The notes beneath the pieces were generated by a model that ran no database searches, was not told the DNA's origin, and saw nothing but the letters and a program-made list of their open reading frames with translations. From Acanthaster planci (taxonomy: Eukaryota): a stretch of 64,000 nucleotides of DNA. Of this stretch, positions 60,901 through 64,000 are shown piece after piece (within the stretch, counting starts at the first letter, position 1; every line of letters starts with the position of its first letter). The stretch covers positions 2,069,107 to 2,133,106 of the forward strand of contig NW_019091355.1 of assembly GCF_001949145.1 (NCBI RefSeq). Reading direction: 5' to 3'. A program made the translations under genes and the position numbers.

Positions 60901-63900
60901 GTGATCCGTGTCGTATCCTTGGAAGCAGTGAAAATTGTAACAGACTGAAGGTTTGTTGACCTTGTAAATGTTAACAGAGGGTTAGATTAAAGATAAAGAG
61001 TGTTCAGACATCATCTATTTTTGTTTACTCTCTGTCAAGGTCAGCTAAGCTGTTGTGTAATGTGTCATCAACTTTTATTCAGGCAAACAATGTCAGTGGT
61101 CAGAAAATGTCTGACACCCGACTGCAGTTTCAACCTTCGTCTTCATGCTGCGTACGTGGTACTTGAACAATTTATGATCAATTTGGTTTCTTCGTAGGCA
61201 CGGTACAGTGAAACAGAAGACCGACATGGAAATCTGTGCCTACATCAATGAAGACGGTAGGAGAAGGGTTGTATGACAAAACTTTAAATATTGTGTGCGT
61301 AAAGGTGGAGGATGCTTTGTGGATTCAGAAAGAATGGAATGACAATTGCCCATATTTGAAACTGCATAAAAAGTTGGATATAGCTTTGAGTACATTTCAC
61401 AACCAAAATAAGAAGATGGGTCCCGTAAATATGCATGCATTTAAACACTTAATGTAATGTTCAATACTTTTTTACGCTTTTTTTCTTAACAGTATTTTGT
61501 CTTTTGGTTTCAGGTGCCCCAATCTTCACAGAGTACCTGCTCACTCCAAACCACTTAGTACAGTAAGATATTTTAGTAAACAGGCTTCAAATTCACAAGC
61601 AGTGGGCACTTTGTTAGCTTTTATCCTGCGAAGATGACGTGATTGTGTGTAATTTTGTGATTGCCAGTGTATATTTATCCAGTGAGATGCCATTAATGTT
61701 GATTCCATACCTGCATGTAGTGCGCATTGTTCAACTTGAGTTGGGCAGGTACATTAATGAGTCACTTCACACTATCCGCCCCGACCTTCAGTGCACCCCA
61801 ATCGGCAAAAAGAAAGACAGGTGGTTACAAGCGGGTTCTTGCACGCGTTCTGCATGTAGCAAAGACCATACGTGCCGGAGTAAATTAGTTACGCGTACTC
61901 AGCGTGCTCCACGTCAAGCGCGCATGTACTTGCATGCCTCATGAGTACCAGAAAAACACACCCTCTTTTGTTCCTCTCGGAGCAGATTAAATGTAGACAA
62001 ATGACCTAGTCATGAGTGTGATTCCTCCACGATAATGGTTTTTAGTCCTAGTTGCTTAACTCATCCATGCATCGCTCTCATCAGACGCCTTCTTTGTAGG
62101 AATGTGGCAACTGCGCACACAACGCCAGTAGGTGTGTGCGCGCGCAGTGTGCAATCTTATCTAAAATAGCTTGCGTACTGATCCAAACATGTTCGAAATA
62201 TGATGCAGCGCGATTCGCGTCACAAAAATTGAAGTAAAAATGCCAGTGCACGTGGCAATCAGTAAGAAGTGTGATATCATCAGAGAGACCTATATCTCTT
62301 TATAGGCACTGTGTATGAAAAGATGAGATGGAATATGTTTTACCTTACGGTGATAACCTTCTCGGTGTTCGTGCATTTTTTCTGCGTGTCTAGCATACGC
62401 AGACATATCATCTTTGCACCTGTCACATTTACTTTTCACGCAAGCCTCTGTGTCTGTCTCCGTGAAAGTGAGACTTGAGCAGGGAACAGATAACAGGACT
62501 CCAGATAATGCCCTTTGATTACGCTGTTGGCAGGATCTACCAGAATTGCTTTGAGATGCTGCTGCGGACCATGCTGAAGTTTGAGCCGGACCAGCGGGGA
62601 GGAAGCAAGGACCCGGCAACGCAACGGCCTCAGTGCTTTGCCTTCCTGGACAAGATGATAGCCATGCATGTGAGTGCTTCCCACGGAAATAGCGCGTCTG
62701 ATTTCTTTCCTCACACTCACCCTTGATGTCGTCACAGATTTAAGCCAGAATGAGCAATAGGTGATACTATAACACACCTCGTCCTGGTTCTTTATCCTGG
62801 TTGGCTGAAATATGGTAATGTGTGGTTCACTAATACAAGTTAGTGCCTGTACATGAATTTGATGTCAGCTTGACTCGACGCCTAGACATTGCGCACGCAT
62901 CAATTCCAGAGACTAGTGCCCGGTCAGGCAATAGTCTTGAAAATTTTTGACTGGTTATTGTGCTGTCTGGAGGTTGCCATGGCTCATTTCAAAACATTGA
63001 ATTGAAACAGTTAAAACCCTTGGAAGATTATTTTCCTAGTTGTATACAGCGACTCAAAATTAGACTACGTCTGTGAAAACTGAAATGAACCGTTCAATAT
63101 TTGCAATTTTTGAAATGGTATTGAGTGAAAAGTTGAATGTAAACAGTTAAAACCTTGATAGAATAGTTTTCCATTTGAGGTGTGTTATAAACATATATAT
63201 AGACTAGCCAAATTTGGTCACTAGTGCACACCTATGCCCCCTTGGGCCTGTGAGTCACTCACAGACTGGTGTGGACATAGACGTGCACTAGTGATCTCAT
63301 TGCCAGTTCATACGTGTATAGTAAACGAACCATCTTGGGTTACGCAAAGTGCCCCAACTGAGGTATTAGAGATTAAATTTGCGAAATGAAGTTGAACTTT
63401 TGAAAGCAACATATATCCACACATTTCTGGCTTTGATTTCACGTATTTTACATTGTGTCAATGTGCCTTACATGTAACAGCTTTTTTGACTACCATTGCT
63501 AAACCAAACTACAATGTTTTTGCATTGCATTGTGGGAGGCTTCCGTTAGTAACAGGCCTGGCAGGTCAGTTACTTGGGCCAGTACAGCATATTTCAGTTG
63601 ACCAGAATAAACCAAGACAAAGCCAACTTCCAGCTCTCCATTCAAAACTATTTAAAAGGTGAACTGGTACCCAGCAGCTTCTAACTGCAGCGTGCATGAA
63701 TGCGTTGCCTCCAGACCAGAGATGTATATCTATATATAGACACAGGAGGGCCAGCGTCAGACTTTGAAACCAAAATCGCTGTTTGTTACGAGTGCAGTAC
63801 AGCATGCAGGTATTGTGTGCTGATTGTTCATGTGCACTGACACAATCCACTGTTTTGGTTCCATCAATTGAGATGCTCATGTAGCAACTCTCTGTAAACA

Positions 63901-64000
63901 GCTCTGCTCCAGACTAACAAACACTGCCCTCATGTGTGCTTGAAGTGACCGATTAGAGAATTTCTCTTTCTCTGTTTCACACCCACGCAGGTGGTCAACG
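57967..64000 (+). CDS. CHUK: IkappaB kinase (IKK-alpha/beta-like), 3'-partial; exons 57967-58059, 58723-58932, 59530-59691, 59970-60059, 60638-60762, 61198-61256, 61514-61562, 62534-62669, 63991-(64000)
   Basis: [20 protein letters not shown]…[23 protein letters not shown]…[39 protein letters not shown]…[25 protein letters not shown]. In-frame GT-AG junctions. Likely co-orthologue of CHUK and IKBKB. Confidence 0.95.
59071..59206. repeat. Perfect 60-bp direct duplication with 16-bp inverted spacer
   Basis: 59071-59130 = 59147-59206. The spacer 59131-59146 (CACAGCTACTGATTTG) is the reverse complement of 59111-59126. Confidence 0.95.
63216..63296. repeat. 81-nt gap-free imperfect hairpin in IKK intron
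   Basis: 40-nt arms around a single C at 63256 (…TCACTAGTGCAC…CTGTGAGT-C-ACTCACAG…GTGCACTAGTGA…). Confidence 0.85.

Overview
Eukaryotic, intron-containing draft-assembly DNA with four N-gaps. It comes from an invertebrate deuterostome; echinoderm/sea star is my inference from the CDK1 sequence and repeat types. I reconstructed nine spliced protein-coding genes by hand from GT-AG junctions with frame checks: CDK1 (-, last exon outside the window), an unnamed 151-aa multipass membrane protein (-), an unnamed ~559-aa divergent non-RD kinase (-), SIRT1 (-), DNAJC12 (+), MRPL1 (-), CNOT6/CNOT6L-like (+), NUDT13-like (-) and an IKK (CHUK/IKBKB-like, +, runs off the right end). Six of these form three head-to-head pairs, and two of the pairs (SIRT1/DNAJC12, MRPL1/CNOT6L) are also divergent neighbours in human. 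Introns and spacers carry many small foldback transposons (AT-TSD, Sola2-like, hAT-like and piggyBac-like MITEs) and a tRNA-derived SINE. The most unusual items are (i) an inverted pair of minimal hammerhead-ribozyme motifs bracketing a captured copy of nearby upstream DNA in the IKK 5' region, (ii) the orphan kinase, whose whole kinase domain sits in one exon and which has an HNDLH catalytic loop, a long uORF and an E2F/CCAAT promoter, and (iii) decayed unidentified coding DNA beside it. No database searches or computations could be run, so family names rest on motif recognition.
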